64,000 bases of DNA, taken from assembly GCF_009914755.1 (NCBI RefSeq), contig NC_060931.1. The stretch is one strand, 5' to 3'. The translations under genes and the position numbers were made by a program. Below the pieces are notes generated by a model. That model was not told where the DNA came from. It saw only the letters and a program-made list of their open reading frames with translations, and did no database searches. The stretch's first letter is position 1; every line of letters begins with the position of its first letter. Shown here piece by piece: positions 1 to 12,420 of the stretch. This stretch comes from the human T2T-CHM13v2.0 reference genome, Homo sapiens.

Positions 1-14
1 CATCCCCCACTTTC

Positions 15-896
15 TTACCTTTAAATATTGGATTGCCCTCTGGATCATTTATTGTTTCCCTTCCTTTTCTTAACATTCACTCCCCAGAGGAATTCACACC
101 ATCCTGTTGTTTTTAAGCCCATCTACTTGCTACTGATACTCAAACTTATGCCCACAATATGATCTTGAGGCTAACTCCAGACTTTAAAATGTAACTACAT
201 ACTTTTTATTTAACAGGCTGGTTAAACTTAGCATCTCCAAGGCAGTACTGCTGAGTATATTTACCCTCCAAACAAACAAACAAACAAACAAGTGAAAGCC
301 TGCTCCCTCTTTTACCCAGTTTTATGCTTCTAAGAATATGGCACTCCATTTATTCAGTCTCTCTTGAGAGAATGCTGGAAAACATTCTTGTTTCTTTCTT
401 AAATTTTCCCTCTCACATCCCACATCCAGTATATGAATAGGTCCTGACATCTCTACCTATGATCACTAAGGAGTTACCATTCTATTTAAAGTCAACATCA
501 GTGTATCACCTTAACTGTTGCAACAAGTCTGTAACTAGTCTCTCTGTTCCCACTTTTGCCCCATGACACAATATTTCTATTCAAGACCTAGTTATTGTTT
601 GAAAATATAAATTGGATTATAAAAATATTCTGTTCAAAATATTTCAATGGTTTTACATCTTACTCAGAAAGAAAAGTTTATCATTCACCATGGTGTACCA
701 GCTCAGTGTGACCTGCTGATGCTCAGAGGACAGAATAACTCATATCTAGCCATACTGCCATCTTGCTCCGACTTCCGGGGCTTTGTACTTTCTGCTGCTC
801 TTCCTAAAATGCATTCTCCCCAGGTCCTTGCAGAGTTAACTCTTTACGTCATTGAGACCTCCATTCAAATGCCACTTCTTCAGCAAATATGTTTTC
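15..896 (+). mobile_element. L2 LINE (L2a-like) 3' region, left part
   Basis: Colinear degenerate match to the L2 3' consensus (e.g. ctctcacatcccacatcca; aactagtctctctgttcccacttttgcccc; ttcaaatgccacttcttcag); continues at ~6935-7010 after the LTR-element block. Confidence 0.75.
270..291 (+). repeat. (AAAC)n microsatellite
   Basis: aaacaaacaaacaaacaaacaa seen directly. Confidence 0.9.
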
Positions 897-1244
897 ATTA
901 GTCCATTTTAATACTGCTATAAAGGAATACCTGATACTGGGTAATTTATAAGGAAAGACATTTAATTGACTCACAGTTCTGCATTGCTGGGATGGCCTCA
1001 GGAAACTTTCACATGGTGGAAGGTGAGGCAGCCACGTCTTACATGGCGGCAGGTGAGACAGAAAGTGAAAAGCCCAAGGGAAACTGTCATTTATAAAGCC
1101 ATCAGATCTCCTGAGAACTCCCTCACTATCACAAGAACAGCATGGAGGAAACTGCCCTCATGGTCCAGTCACTTCCCACCAGGTCCCTCCCTCAACACCT
1201 GGGGATTACAATTCAAGATGAGATTTGGGTGGGAACACAGAGCC
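897..1244 (-). mobile_element. MaLR LTR (THE1D/MSTA-like), 3' LTR
   Basis: attagtccattt...actgggtaatttataaggaaag...ggcctcaggaaact...gatgagatttgggtgggaacacagagcc is the reverse complement of the THE1/MST LTR; the LTR start and PPT are lost in a short deletion at ~1244. Confidence 0.92.
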
Positions 1245-2735
1245 TCCTCCCAAGTCTTATGGCCTTTATATTATACATTTCAGTAATAATCATGCCTTCC
1301 CAACAGTCCCCCAAAGCCTTAACTCATTCCAGCATTAACTCAAAAGTCCAAGTCCAAAGTCTCATCTGAGACAAATCCCTTCCAACTATGAAACTGTAAA
1401 ATCAAAACCAAGTTAATTACTTTCTAGATATACTAGAGGTACAGGAATTGTATAAATGCTTCTATTTCAAACGGGAGAAATTGGCCAAAAGAAAGGGGCT
1501 ACAGGCCCCATGCAAGTTCAAAATCCAGTGGAGCAGTCATTAAAACTTAAAGTTCCAAAATGATCTCCTTTGACTCTATGTCTCACATCCAGGTCAGACT
1601 GATGCAAGAGGAGGGCTGCCATGGTCTTGAGCAGCTCTGCCCCTGTGGCTTTGCAGAATACAGTTCCCCTCCTGGCTGCTTTCACAGGCTGGCATTCAGT
1701 GCCTGTGGCTTTTCTGGAACGTGGTACAAGCTGTTGGTGTATCTACCACCCTGGGGTCTGAAGGACAGTGGCCCTCTTATCACAGCTCCACTAGGCAATG
1801 GCCCAGTGAGGACTCTATGTTGGGGCTCCAACCCACATTTCCTTTCTGCACTGCCCTAGCAGAGGTTCTCCATGAAGGCTTTGCCCCTGCAGCAGACTTC
1901 TGCCTGGACATACAGGCATTTCCACACATTCTTTGAAATCTAGGTGGAGGACCCCAACCTCAGTTCTTGACTTCTGTGCATCCACATGCCCAACACCCGT
2001 GGAAGCTGCCAAGGTTTGGGACTTGCACCAACAACAGCTCGAGTTGTATCTTGGCCCCTTTTAGCCATAGCTGGAGCTGAAGCAGCTGGGGATGCAGGGC
2101 TCCATGTCCTGAGGCTGCACAGAGCAGGGGGGTCCCTGGGCCCATTCCACAAAACCATTTTTCCATCTAGGCCTCCCACCCTGCGATGGGAGGGGCTGCA
2201 GCCAAGATCTCTGACATGCCCTTGAGGCATTTTCCCCATTGTCTTGGTGATTAACATTTGGCTCCTGGTTACTTAGGGAAATTTCTGCAGCCAGCTTGAA
2301 TTCCTCCCTGGAAAATTGGTTTTTCTTTTCTATCCCATCATCAGGCTGCAAATTTTCCAAACTTTTATGCTCTACTTTGAAACATAAATTCCAATTTTAG
2401 ATCATCTCTCTCAAGTTCAAAGTTCCACAGATCCCTAGGGCCGGGGCAAAATTCTGACAGTCTCTTTGCTAAAGCATAGCAAGAGTGATCCTTGCTCCAG
2501 TTCCCAAGAAGTTCCTCATCTCCATCTGAGACCACTTCAGCCTGGGTTTCATTGTCCACATCACTATCAGCATTTTGGTCAAAGCCATTTAACAAGTCTC
2601 TAGGAAGTTTCAAACTTTCCCCATCTTTCTGTCTTTTTCTGAGCCCTCCAACCTGTTTCAATCTCTGCCTCTTACCTGGTTCCAAAGTTGGCTTCCACAT
2701 TTTCAAGTATCTTTATAGCAGTACCCCACTCTCTG
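1245..2735 (-). mobile_element. MaLR internal region (THE1-int/MST-int) with decayed gag-like ORF; 5' LTR missing
   Basis: Minus-strand ORF 2365-2706 (LPRDLLNGFDQNADSDVDNETQAEVVSDGDEELLGNWSKDHSCYALAKRL) is the characteristic MaLR ORF; the region ends in the PBS-like ccccactctctg. Confidence 0.92.
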
Positions 2736-2807
2736 AGATCAGGTAATTAGTGGAGTTTCAGCAGAGGTCTGACTTACAGTGGGTCCAGTGGGTCCTGGAC
2801 TCATCCT

Positions 2808-5378
2808 GTGGTCATTTCCCCAGTGCCAGAATGCATAATTGGCATAAGCATACTTAGCAGATGGCAGAACTCCCACATTGGCTCCCTGACCAGTAAGGTG
2901 AGGGCTATTATGGTGGGAAAGACCAAATGGAAGCCATTAGAGCTGCTTCTACCTAGAAAAATAGTAAATCAAAAACAATATCACATCTCTGGAGGGATTG
3001 CACAGATTAGTGCCACCATCAAGGACTTGAAAGATGCACGGGTGGTGATTTCCACCACATCCCCACTCACTTCTACTATTTGGTCAGTGCAGAAGACAGA
3101 CAGATCTTGGAGAATGACAGTGGATTATCATAAGCTTAACCAAGTGGTGACTCCAATTGTTGCTACTCTACCAGATGTAGTTTCATGGCTTGAGCAAATT
3201 AACACATCTCCTGGCACCTGGTATGCAGCTATTGATTTGGCAAATGCCTTTTTCTCCATTCCTGTCCATAAGATCCACCAGAAGCAACTTGCCTTCAGCT
3301 GGAAAGGTCAGTAATATACCTTTACTGTTCTACCTCAGGCTTTGTGTCATAATCTTGTCCACAGAGATCTTGATCACTTTTCCCTTCCACAATCACACTG
3401 GTCCATTACCTTGATGATATTATGCCAGTTGGACCCAGTGAGTGAGAAGCAGCAAACACACTGGACTTATTGGTGACACATTTGTGTGCCAGAGGATGGA
3501 AATAAATTCAACTAAAATTCAGGGAACTTCTACCTCAGTAAAATGTCTAGGGGTCCAGTTATGTGGGACATGTAGAGATACTCCTTCTAAGGTGAAGGAT
3601 AAGTTGCTGCATTTGGCCCCTCCTACAACCAAGAATCAGGCACAATGCCCAGTGGGCCTATTTGGATTTTGGAGGCAACACATTCCTCATTTGGATGTGT
3701 TACTCTGGCCTATTTATCAAGTGACCTGAAAGGCTGCTGGTTTTGAGTGGGGTCCAGAACAGGAAAAGGCAATGCCACAGGTCCACACTGCTGTGCAAAC
3801 TTCTCTGCCACTTGGGCCATATGACCCAATAGATTCAATGGTGCTGGAGGTGACAGTGGCAGATAGGGATGCTGTTTGGAGCCTTTGGCAGGCCCCCATA
3901 GGTGAATCACAGCAGAGGCCTCTAGGATTTTGGAGCAAGGCCCCCTGCCACCTTTTTCAGATAACTACTCTCCTTTTGAGAGACAGTTCTTGGCTTGTTA
4001 CTGGGCTTTGGTAGAAACTGAATGTTTGACTATGGGTCACCAAGTTACCATGTTACCTGATCTGCCTATCATGAACTGGGTGCTTTCTGAACCATATATA
4101 GCCATAAAATAGGTCATGCACAGCAGCATTCCATCATCAAATGGAAGTGTTATATATGTGATCGGGGTCAAGCAGGTCCTGAAGGTACAAGAAAGTTACC
4201 TGACGATGTGGTTCAAATGCCCATGGTCTCCATTCCTGCCACTCTGCCTTCTCTCCCACCATCTGCACCAATGGCCTCATGGGGAGTTCCTTATGCTCAA
4301 TTGAACAGAAGAGAAGACTAGCTCCTGTTTTACAGATGGTGTGGTATGAAATGCAGGCACCAGCCAAAAGTGGACCACTGTAGCACTTCAGCTTCTTTCT
4401 AGGGCATCCCTGAAGGACAGTGGTGAAGGGAAATCTTTGCAATAGGCAGAACTTTGAGCAGTTCACCTGGCTGTGCACTTTGTTTGGAAGGAGAAATGGC
4501 CAGATGTGTGATTATATACTGATTCATGGGCTGTAGCCAATGGTTTGGCTGAATGGTCAGGGACTTGGAAGGAGTATGGTTGGAAAATTGGTGAAAAGGA
4601 AATTTGGGGAAGAGGTATGTGAATGGACCTCTCTAAGTGGTCAAAAACTGTGAAGAAATTTGTAACTCACATGAATGCTCACCAAAGGGTGACCTCAGCA
4701 GAGGAGGATTTTAATAATCAAGTGGATGGGTTGACTTGCTCTGTGGACACTACTCAGCCTCTTTCCCCAGCCACCCCGTCATTGCCCAATGTGCCCATGA
4801 AAAAAGTGGCATGGTGGCAGAGATGGATGTTATGCATGGACTCAGCAACATGGACTCTCACTCACCAAGGCTGACCTGGCTACGGCCATCACTGACTGCC
4901 CAATTTGCCAGCAGCAGAGACCATCAGCGAGCCCTCAATATGGCACCATTCCTTGGGATAATCAGCCAGTTTCTTGGTGGCAGGTTGATTATATTGGACT
5001 CGTCCATCATGGAATGGGCAGCATTTTGTCCTCACCCAAATAGACATGTACTCTGGATATGGGTTTGCCTATCCTGCAGGCAATGCTTCTGCCAAGACTA
5101 TCATCTGTGAACTCACAGAATGCCTTATCCACTGTCACGGTATTCCACACAGCATTGCCTCTGACCAAGGCACTCCCTTTATGGCTAATGAAGGGCAGCA
5201 GTGGGCTCGTGCTCCTGGAATTCACTGGTCTTACCATGTTCCCCCTCATCCTGAAGCAGCTAGGTTGATAGAACAATGGTGTAGCCTTTTAAAGTCGCAA
5301 TTACAATGCCTACAAGGTGACAGTACTTTGCATGGCTGGGGCAAAGTTCTCCAGAAATCTGTGTATGCTCTGAATTAG
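2808..5378 (+). pseudogene. pol: HERV-L pol pseudogene (multiple stops and frameshifts)
   Basis: Fragmented ORFs 2808-3314, 3442-3729, 3772-4112, 4623-4874 and 5046-5378 carry consecutive RT, RNase H and IN pieces in different frames. Confidence 0.9.
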
Positions 5379-5499
5379 TGTCCAATATATGGTACTGTTT
5401 CTCCCATAGCCCGATTCACAGGTCCAGGAAGCAAGGGGTAGAAGTGGAAGTGACATCACTCACTATCATCCCTAGTGACCAACTAGCAAATTTTTTGCT

Positions 5500-5830
5500 T
5501 CCTGTTCCCATGACATTATATTCTGCTGGCCTAGAGGTCTTAGTTCCAAAGGGAGGAATGCTGCCACCAGGAGGCACAACAATGATTCCACTAAACTGGC
5601 CGTTAAGATTGCCACCTGGCCACATTAATTTCCTCCAGCTTCCAAGTCAACAGGCTAAGGAGGGAGTCACAGCGTTGGCTGGGGTGACTGACCTGGACTA
5701 TCAAGAGTAAATCAATCTACTACTCCACTATGGAGGTAAGAAAGTGTATGTGTGGAGTACAGTAGATCCATTAGGGTGTCTCTTAGTATTACCATGCCCT
5801 GTGATTAAGGTTAATGGGGAATTACAACAA
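5500..5830 (+). pseudogene. HERV-L dUTPase remnant downstream of integrase
   Basis: SAGLEVLVPKGGMLPPGGTTMIPLNWPLRLPPGH...GVTALAGVTDLDYQE then an in-frame stop at 5708-5710; position after IN is typical of ERV-L. Confidence 0.8.
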
Positions 5831-6336
5831 CTCAATCCGGGCAGGACTGCAGATGGCCCACACCCTTCAGGAATGAAGGTTTGGATCACTCCACCAGGTA
5901 AAAAACCACAACCAGCTTAGGTGCTTGCTGAAGGCAAAGGGAATACAGAGTGAATAGTAGAAGAAGTTAGTCATCGGTATCAGTACCATCCATGACCACG
6001 TGACAAGTGCAGAAAGGAGGACTGTAATTGTTATAAATATTTCATTCTTAATTTGTTAAGAACATGTTTGTGCATGTATACACTTGTACTAAGAAAATAT
6101 CTTCATTTTCTTTTCTTTTTCTTTGTTAAGTGACATAAGATTTATTGACTTCGTATCAGCATTTAAGTGTTGATAACTACATAATAGCATTTAGGTGAAG
6201 GATTAGTGTGCTTCCAGTTGTATGAAAGACAGCTGTATTATGTTACATGTAATTATGACCTTATTATTGTCTTAATTTGGAGATTATGTATGATTTCGGG
6301 AGATGTGTATGGGTTCAAGTTGACAAGGGGTGGATT

Positions 6337-6917
6337 TGTGATGGTTAATATTGTCAACTTGATTGGATCGAAGGATGCAAAATATTATTTCTGGGTGTAT
6401 CTGGGTGTTTCTGGGTGTTGTCAGAAGAGATTAACATTTGAGTCAGTGGACTGGGAGAGGAAGACCCGCCTTCAAGAAAATCCACTCACAATGTGGTGGG
6501 CACCATCCAATCGGCTGCCAGTGTGGCTAGAAAAGCAGGCAGAAAAGAAGGTTGCAGAAGCTGACTTGCTGAGTCTTCTGGCCTTCATCTTTCTCCCTTT
6601 CATCTTTGAGGGCTGAATGCGTCCAGCCCTCAAACATCAGACTCCAAGTTCTTCAGCTTTGGACACTTGGACATACACCAGTGGTTTGTCAGGGGCTCTT
6701 GGGCCTTCAGCCACAGGCTGAAGGCTGCTCTGTAGCCTTCACTAATTTTGAGGTTTTGGGACTTGGACTGAGCCACTTCCTTGCTCTTCGACTTACAGAG
6801 GGCCTATCATGGGACTTCACCTTGTGATTGTGTGAGTCAATTCTCCTTAATAAACTCACTTTCATATTTACATATATCCTATTAGTTCTGTCCCTCTAGA
6901 GAGCCCTGACTAATACA
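6337..6917 (+). mobile_element. MLT2A (MLT2A1/A2-like) 3' LTR of HERV-L
   Basis: Begins tgtgatggttaata, ends cctgactaataca; AATAAA at 6849-6854; directly follows the PPT. Confidence 0.93.
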
Positions 6918-6934
6918 ATATTCCTGTAAAATAT

Positions 6935-7010
6935 ATTTCTTTTCACTGTCTCCAACAAGCTGTTTCTGGCACTTAGTGGGAGCTGAATGATTATTTATTA
7001 AATAGATGAA
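6935..7010 (+). mobile_element. L2 3' terminus (continuation of 15-896)
   Basis: ttcactgtctcc...ctggcacttagtgggagctgaatgattatttattaaatagatgaa resembles the L2 tail (cctggcacatagtaggcgctcaataaatatttgttgaatgaa). Confidence 0.6.
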
Positions 7011-7724
7011 CGATAGCATCATGTGAACCTGGAGTCAATATAGTTAGTTATCTACAGTACTAGGCTGCCTGTGGAGCATGCAGGGGTGGAACCAAATTAT
7101 TTAAGGGTTCTTGTCTATAAAATAATTTTATTAAAACATTTTTAATTCATAGGCTTATGAAAAGTATAGTGATTTATTGATGAAGATGTAAAATAATGCA
7201 TACAGAAAGGTGCTTACATATTTGTTTATCATCTAATCAGGGAAGATGAAGAGTCTTCATAGTCTCCAGACACCATCTCGTACCATTGAGGTCTTAGGAC
7301 CATCTCTCCATGTTCTTTCTTGTCAAGAGCACCATTTCTTGCTAATTTCATATCTCTCCCCTAAGACAAAGGTGGCTGCACTCCTGTTACTCATCTCATG
7401 GCTCACACTGGACATGTTTGTATTAAAACAATACATATCTTCTTGCCTTTATGGTTCCCTAATAGCCTTTATTTTATGCTGGTTACATTGTTACTCATGA
7501 CACCATGATGCCCACTGGCACTCCATTGTGCAGCTCTGACTCTCTCAAACATCATCACTGTTTTTGCTGATGATAATCCCAAGGTCAGTTCTTATGCAGA
7601 ATGTGCAGGAAAATGTAAAAGATAATTTACTTATTCATGTTAATTTTTCCATTGGAAATTCTATGATGCTATTGTGTAAACCTAGAACAACACATGTTCT
7701 CTTAAACATGTCTTCTCTTGAACT

Positions 7725-8335
7725 TTGTAGGCTGTAATCAAGCCTTGCCCGAGACCTCTTTCACTGTTGAGAACACCTGGATGTCCACACACTGCCAGAG
7801 TGGAAAGGATGGCCTGGCCCATGGGCGGAACCTGGGGAGGGGGCAGCTGACCTCAGCGCTATGCCACTGTGGGCAACATGGGCAGAAAAGAATGAGGGAA
7901 GGCCTGAACACCTGCCCACACATGCTGCCCCAGCCCAGAGCACTGACTTGGCCCTACCTCCACAATGATCGAGTGTCTCCCAAAATCAGAGTGTCCGCAC
8001 CATCTTGGTGTCCCAAACATCATCTGTTTTCCAGGATCGTCCATATGGAGCCTGAATACTCCAGGCCAGGTGCCACCCCATGGCTGCCCGTCCCCTGATC
8101 TCCTGAGCATCTGGATGTCCCAGAGAGCACAGGGAAAGATTGGGTATGGGGAGTTGGAGAGAGCTCCCAAGGGGAGAGACAAAGAGTGGGACATGCAACC
8201 CCTTAGGTGCTCAGGGCACCCTGCCTAGGCTGCAATGGGGATGGCTGGTCCCAGACACTCAAGAAGGGCTTGAAAAATTTCCTATACTCCTCTCCAAAAC
8301 CAGGGGGTCCTCGCCTGGGTCTAAAGATTCTACTT
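7725..8335. mobile_element. GC-rich island, probable hAT-Tip100 DNA transposon remnant (MER115/FordPrefect-like)
   Basis: Sharp ~600-bp GC-rich block in AT-rich context; right end ggtcctcgcctgggtctaaagattctact resembles the terminus of this group; family assignment tentative. Confidence 0.35.
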
Positions 8336-9141
8336 CAGGAGAAAACCGTTTCTGTTTAATCACCTGACAAAAATTAGGGCATTTAAAGGTAAAAATCCTC
8401 ATTTAAGATATCTTCAAATATGGTAAATAGAAATCTCTAAAATATAGATTGAAATTTTATAAATGGAAAAAAATTGATGGTTAATAAATTTGGATCCTAT
8501 TGTTTTTGCCTAAAATGATAAGAATTGTTAGTTTTAAATAATGAGATGCTCATTTTATTGTTTAACCTGAAAACTGACTCTAAGGCCAAATCTATAAAGG
8601 AGATGCGAAATTATTTTGAGGAGTGGAAGTATCATCAGAATAAGTGTTTTGCCTGATGTAACTACTTCAAAAAATCCTGTTTTTCTGGTTATGTCTGTGC
8701 TATTATGATTATTTAAAAGTTGAGTCTTATTACTGATCAAACAAAGCAAAATAAAGAACTCTCCAGTGATATTAGGCCAGCCATGTGCCTCATCGATATG
8801 GGGGGCAGGCAAACACTAATGCAGGCTAAATTCACTGGTTAATTTTCCAGTTTTAAATGGGAAAAAATAAATGAAGGGAGGAGTAAAGCAAGCAATAAAA
8901 ATAATTGAAAGACTAGGAGATACAAATAGGATGTGATTTAGTTGACTGGAAAAATGCCTAAGGGGTAAAAGGAATGTATCTATTACTCTTCTCAAATAAA
9001 TGAGAGGAAATGCTCATTACAGAACATGGATACCCATAAATGACTTCTTTGGCAAGAGCATCTTTGTACCACATATACATTTCACTTTCTATACACATTA
9101 CAGCCTTATATCGACTCAACAGTATAAATGAGAGAAGCAGT

Positions 9142-9240
9142 ACACACACTCCCACACACACTCTCACACACCCGCCCCCATCCACATGCACACACACACA
9201 CATGCTCCACCCCACCCCCCGACACACGCACACACACAAC
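9142..9240 (+). repeat. Imperfect CA-rich simple repeat
   Basis: acacacactcccacacacactctcacacacccgccccca...cacacacaac. Confidence 0.85.
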
Positions 9241-9475
9241 TAACCTTAGGATACAAAGATTGAGGCAACGTTAAGACCAACCCAGTAGAGAGTGCTAAGA
9301 TGAATGGATTCAAGGTCAATCTATAATATTTTGAACTCGTCTTAGAAAAATACAATCCCTACACATGATCAATCAAAAAAGGAATTTGGGAACAGATGGG
9401 AGAGGTCAGCTCAGTGACCTCGTTTTGGGTTCAATGGTTTTATAGCACTTTTTTTTCCAAAACAATTTGGGGAGC

Positions 9476-9974
9476 TGTACTGCTTTCCCATTGTTGCTAT
9501 AACAAATGGTGACAAACGTCATGGCTTGAAACAAGATATTTATTCCATCAGAGTCCTAGAGGCCAGGAATCCAAAATCTGTACCCCTGAGCTGAAATCAA
9601 AGTGTTGGTAGGACAGTGCTCTCTGAATTCCTTGATACTTTGGGATTCTGGTGGTTGCCGCATTACTCCATGCTACTCCAAACTTCAGGACAAATGTCTT
9701 CAAATTTCCCTCTGTTGCATCTTCCCACCACCTTCTCCATGTGTGTCTGTGTATGAAATCTCCCTTTACCTCCTTCTTAGAAGGAGGTGTGATTACATTT
9801 AGGGCTACTCAGTTAAGCTAGGAGAATGTCTCCACCTCAAGATCCTTAACTTTATCACATCTGCAAACACCTTCCTTCTTTCTCTCTTTTTGCCATATGA
9901 TATAACATTCACAGATTCCAGAGATTAGGACATGGATATCTTTGGGGGTGGGGGCATTTTTTTAACCTACCACA
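9476..9974 (-). mobile_element. MLT1 solo LTR (MLT1C/D/E-like)
   Basis: TG...CA ends; gctataacaaat; caagatccttaactttatcacatctgcaaa; gattaggacatggatatctttgggg; degenerate flanks ggagc/tgagt. Confidence 0.85.
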
Positions 9975-10274
9975 TGAGTATTGGAGGACTTCTTATATCA
10001 TAAAGAAGTTTTAAGATTTACAACAACTCACCATATAATACACAGTTCAAGATTTATGCTAAATGACTAGAATACAAGTGAATGACAATGGGGCCCTGAA
10101 ATTAAGTGATACACAATATAGGGACATTACACAATATAGAGACATTACACAATCTTGTATAGGTTTGAATGTTTTTTTCTTATAGAAGCAAAACTACAGT
10201 GACTTGTAGATCAGCATATAAATGTGCCCAGAAAAGCTTTCATTTTGATAGGATTGCGTATCGTTTGTTGGCTT

Positions 10275-10920
10275 ATTTTTAAATAAATTTCATTTTTCAG
10301 AGCACTTTTAGGTTCACAAAAAAAGTTCATGGAACAGAGAGACTCAACATAATTTCTGCATCTCATATACATAGCCCCTCCCACCATCCACATCCAATAC
10401 CAGAGTGATGCATTAGTCACAATCAATAAAATGAGGTTGCCACATCATTATCACTCAAAGTTCATAGTTCACATTAGGGTATCTCTTGGTATTGTACATT
10501 ATATGGGTTTGGACAAAAGTATAATGACATATAGCCACCATTATGGTATCATACAGAGTAGTTTCACTGTCTCAAAATCCTCTGTACTCTGCCTATTAAT
10601 TCATCTTTTCCAGTCTAACTCCTGCAGCCACTAATCTTTTACTGTCTCCACAGTTTTGCCTTTTATAGGATGTCATATAGTTGGAATCATTCAGCATGCA
10701 GCCTTTTGGGCCTGGCTTCTTTCACTTAATAACATGTATTTAAGGTTACTCTGTGTCTTGACATGGCTTGATAAATAATTTCCTTTTAGTGCTGTGATAT
10801 TCCATCCTCTGGATATGCCACAGCTTACTTATCCATTCGCCTACTGAAGGGCATTTTAGTTGCTTCCAAGTTATGGCAATTATGAATAAATATTGTTTCT
10901 GCGTACATGTTTTACAAGGT
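10275..10920 (-). mobile_element. L1MC1/2-like 3' UTR fragment
   Basis: tttaggttcaca; tcactcaaagttcatagttcacattagggt; tatgggtttggacaaa; same family as 40635-43120. Confidence 0.85.
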
Positions 10921-10997
10921 TGAGTTTCAATCCCCAGCGCTGCCCAATATGGAAAATGACACCCTTTAATGGTACTGAAAAACAAATACATATTTAG

Positions 10998-11546
10998 TGT
11001 CGTAGGACCAAAAGGTTTGTATGCCTGCTATGCAGTAGCAGACCAATACACTGAGACAGCAGGGTTTGCAGCAGGCAAAGAGTTTAATGATTGCAAGGCA
11101 CACAGGGAGAAGACAGGAGGAGACACTCAAGTTCATCTCCCTGACAAGTTCTAGTCTGGGATTTTTAAGGGGATCATGGAAAGTGAAGAGACTGGAAAAT
11201 TGGGGTAATTGGTTGGGGTGAGGGGGATGAAATCATCTGGATGTGGAGGCTTCATTCTTTAGTGAGTCAGCCTCCTGTGGGGTCCTTCAAACCAGCTGGC
11301 ATCAGTGGTTTCACTGGCATGCAGGGACCTATTCAAGTTGTTATGTATAGGGCAGTTAAGGGGAACTATCATATTGTAAAAGGGTCTATGTGATTCTGGG
11401 GCAACAGGCACCAAACAACTGTGAGGAAGGAGGAGAGAGCAGAGTGACCTCATAACGAATGCTGAGTGTGCTGCAATGGGTTATTTTCATTTCTCCCTCT
11501 CCCTTCTTCCCTGATTAATTTTACAAAGTTTATAGGGATGGTTTCA
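10998..11546 (-). mobile_element. ERV1 (MER4-group, LTR49/MER72-like) solo LTR
   Basis: Starts tgtcgtaggacc, ends gggatggtttca; perfect 4-bp TSD TTAG at 10994-10997 and 11547-11550. Confidence 0.85.
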
Positions 11547-11764
11547 TTAGCATCACTGTAAGTGTCATGTTGCAGGACCTAAGACTGAAGACATGGATGG
11601 TTGTGAGAAACGGTCCTACTGGTGGGGCCACGTGCAAATTTCCCACAGCTTCCAGGTAACCACAATTCTGCTTCCTTCTTCAAAAGTACACTTATTTCTT
11701 TATTTATTGCATTACATTTCAATAACGAGTTTCCAGTCTTTTTTCTATCAAATCAAATCCTAGG

Positions 11765-11950
11765 AATAATAAATGGTCATTCATTGCATATCAGACACTC
11801 TGTAAGAACTTTAAGCTGCACACATAAGTCTGGTTGTGAGGCACAGTCAAGCCCATTGACATATGAGGAAATGGAGGCTATGGAAACTAAGCACCCAACA
11901 TCAAGTAACCAGTAAGAATGGAAGTAGGGTTTCAGTCTCTCTGACCAAGA
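11765..11950 (-). mobile_element. MIR SINE
   Basis: Core-like cccattgacatatgaggaaatggaggct. Confidence 0.6.
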
Positions 11951-12021
11951 TTATCTGCTATTTAAATCCTATCCTTAGATAATTCTCACGACTTACTGCA
12001 TAGAACTTCTATGAGTGCCTG

Positions 12022-12084
12022 ACTGCACTCCAGCCTGGAAGAGAGGGAGAGATCTTGTCACAAAAACAAAAACAAAAACAAAAC
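12022..12084 (+). mobile_element. Short Alu 3'-end fragment with (CAAAAA)n tail
   Basis: actgcactccagcctgg...gagatcttgtcacaaaaacaaaaacaaaaac. Confidence 0.75.
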
Positions 12085-12094
12085 ATTTTTCATG

Positions 12095-12420
12095 TGTACA
12101 GATTTTCCTGTTCAGATATTTTATGTGATATTTTGCATCTAGCTTCTTTCATTTAGCCCAATAGTTTTGAGGTTTGTCCATGCTATAGCATGAATTAGTA
12201 TTTCTTTCTTTATAATATTCTATTGCATAGGTATAAGGCATTTTGTTTATTCATTCACCAGTTGATCAACATTTGGGTTCTGTCCTCATTCTGTCTATTA
12301 TAAATAATGCTGTTATTTATGTCTAGAAAATAGTTTTCATAGGGCATATGTTTTCATTACTCTTGGGTATATCCCTAAGAATGGAATTGCTGGGTCATAT
12401 GGGAAATTTAGAAGTCTTTA
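12095..12420 (-). mobile_element. Old L1 (L1MB/L1ME) fragment
   Basis: ttcattactcttgggtatatccctaagaatggaattgctgggtcatatgg is the reverse complement of the L1 ORF2 end. Confidence 0.75.

Larger units (their letters stand above)
2736..6336 (+). mobile_element. HERV-L (ERVL) internal region: 3' protease, RT, RNase H, integrase, dUTPase; 5' LTR and gag missing
   Basis: RT motifs [11 protein letters not shown] and [15 protein letters not shown]; YLDD at 3407-3418; RNase H YTDSWAVANGL near 4515; integrase HGIPHSIASDQGT; PPT-like acaaggggtgga just before 6337. Confidence 0.95.

Noticed and set aside
881-6925. Single TSD around the whole MaLR/HERV-L block
   Set aside because: The flanks share only a weak aatat/atatt resemblance that does not abut the left LTR end; not a convincing 5-bp TSD
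10111-10153. 18-bp tandem duplication acacaatatagggacatt
   Set aside because: Ordinary slippage duplication with no further structure
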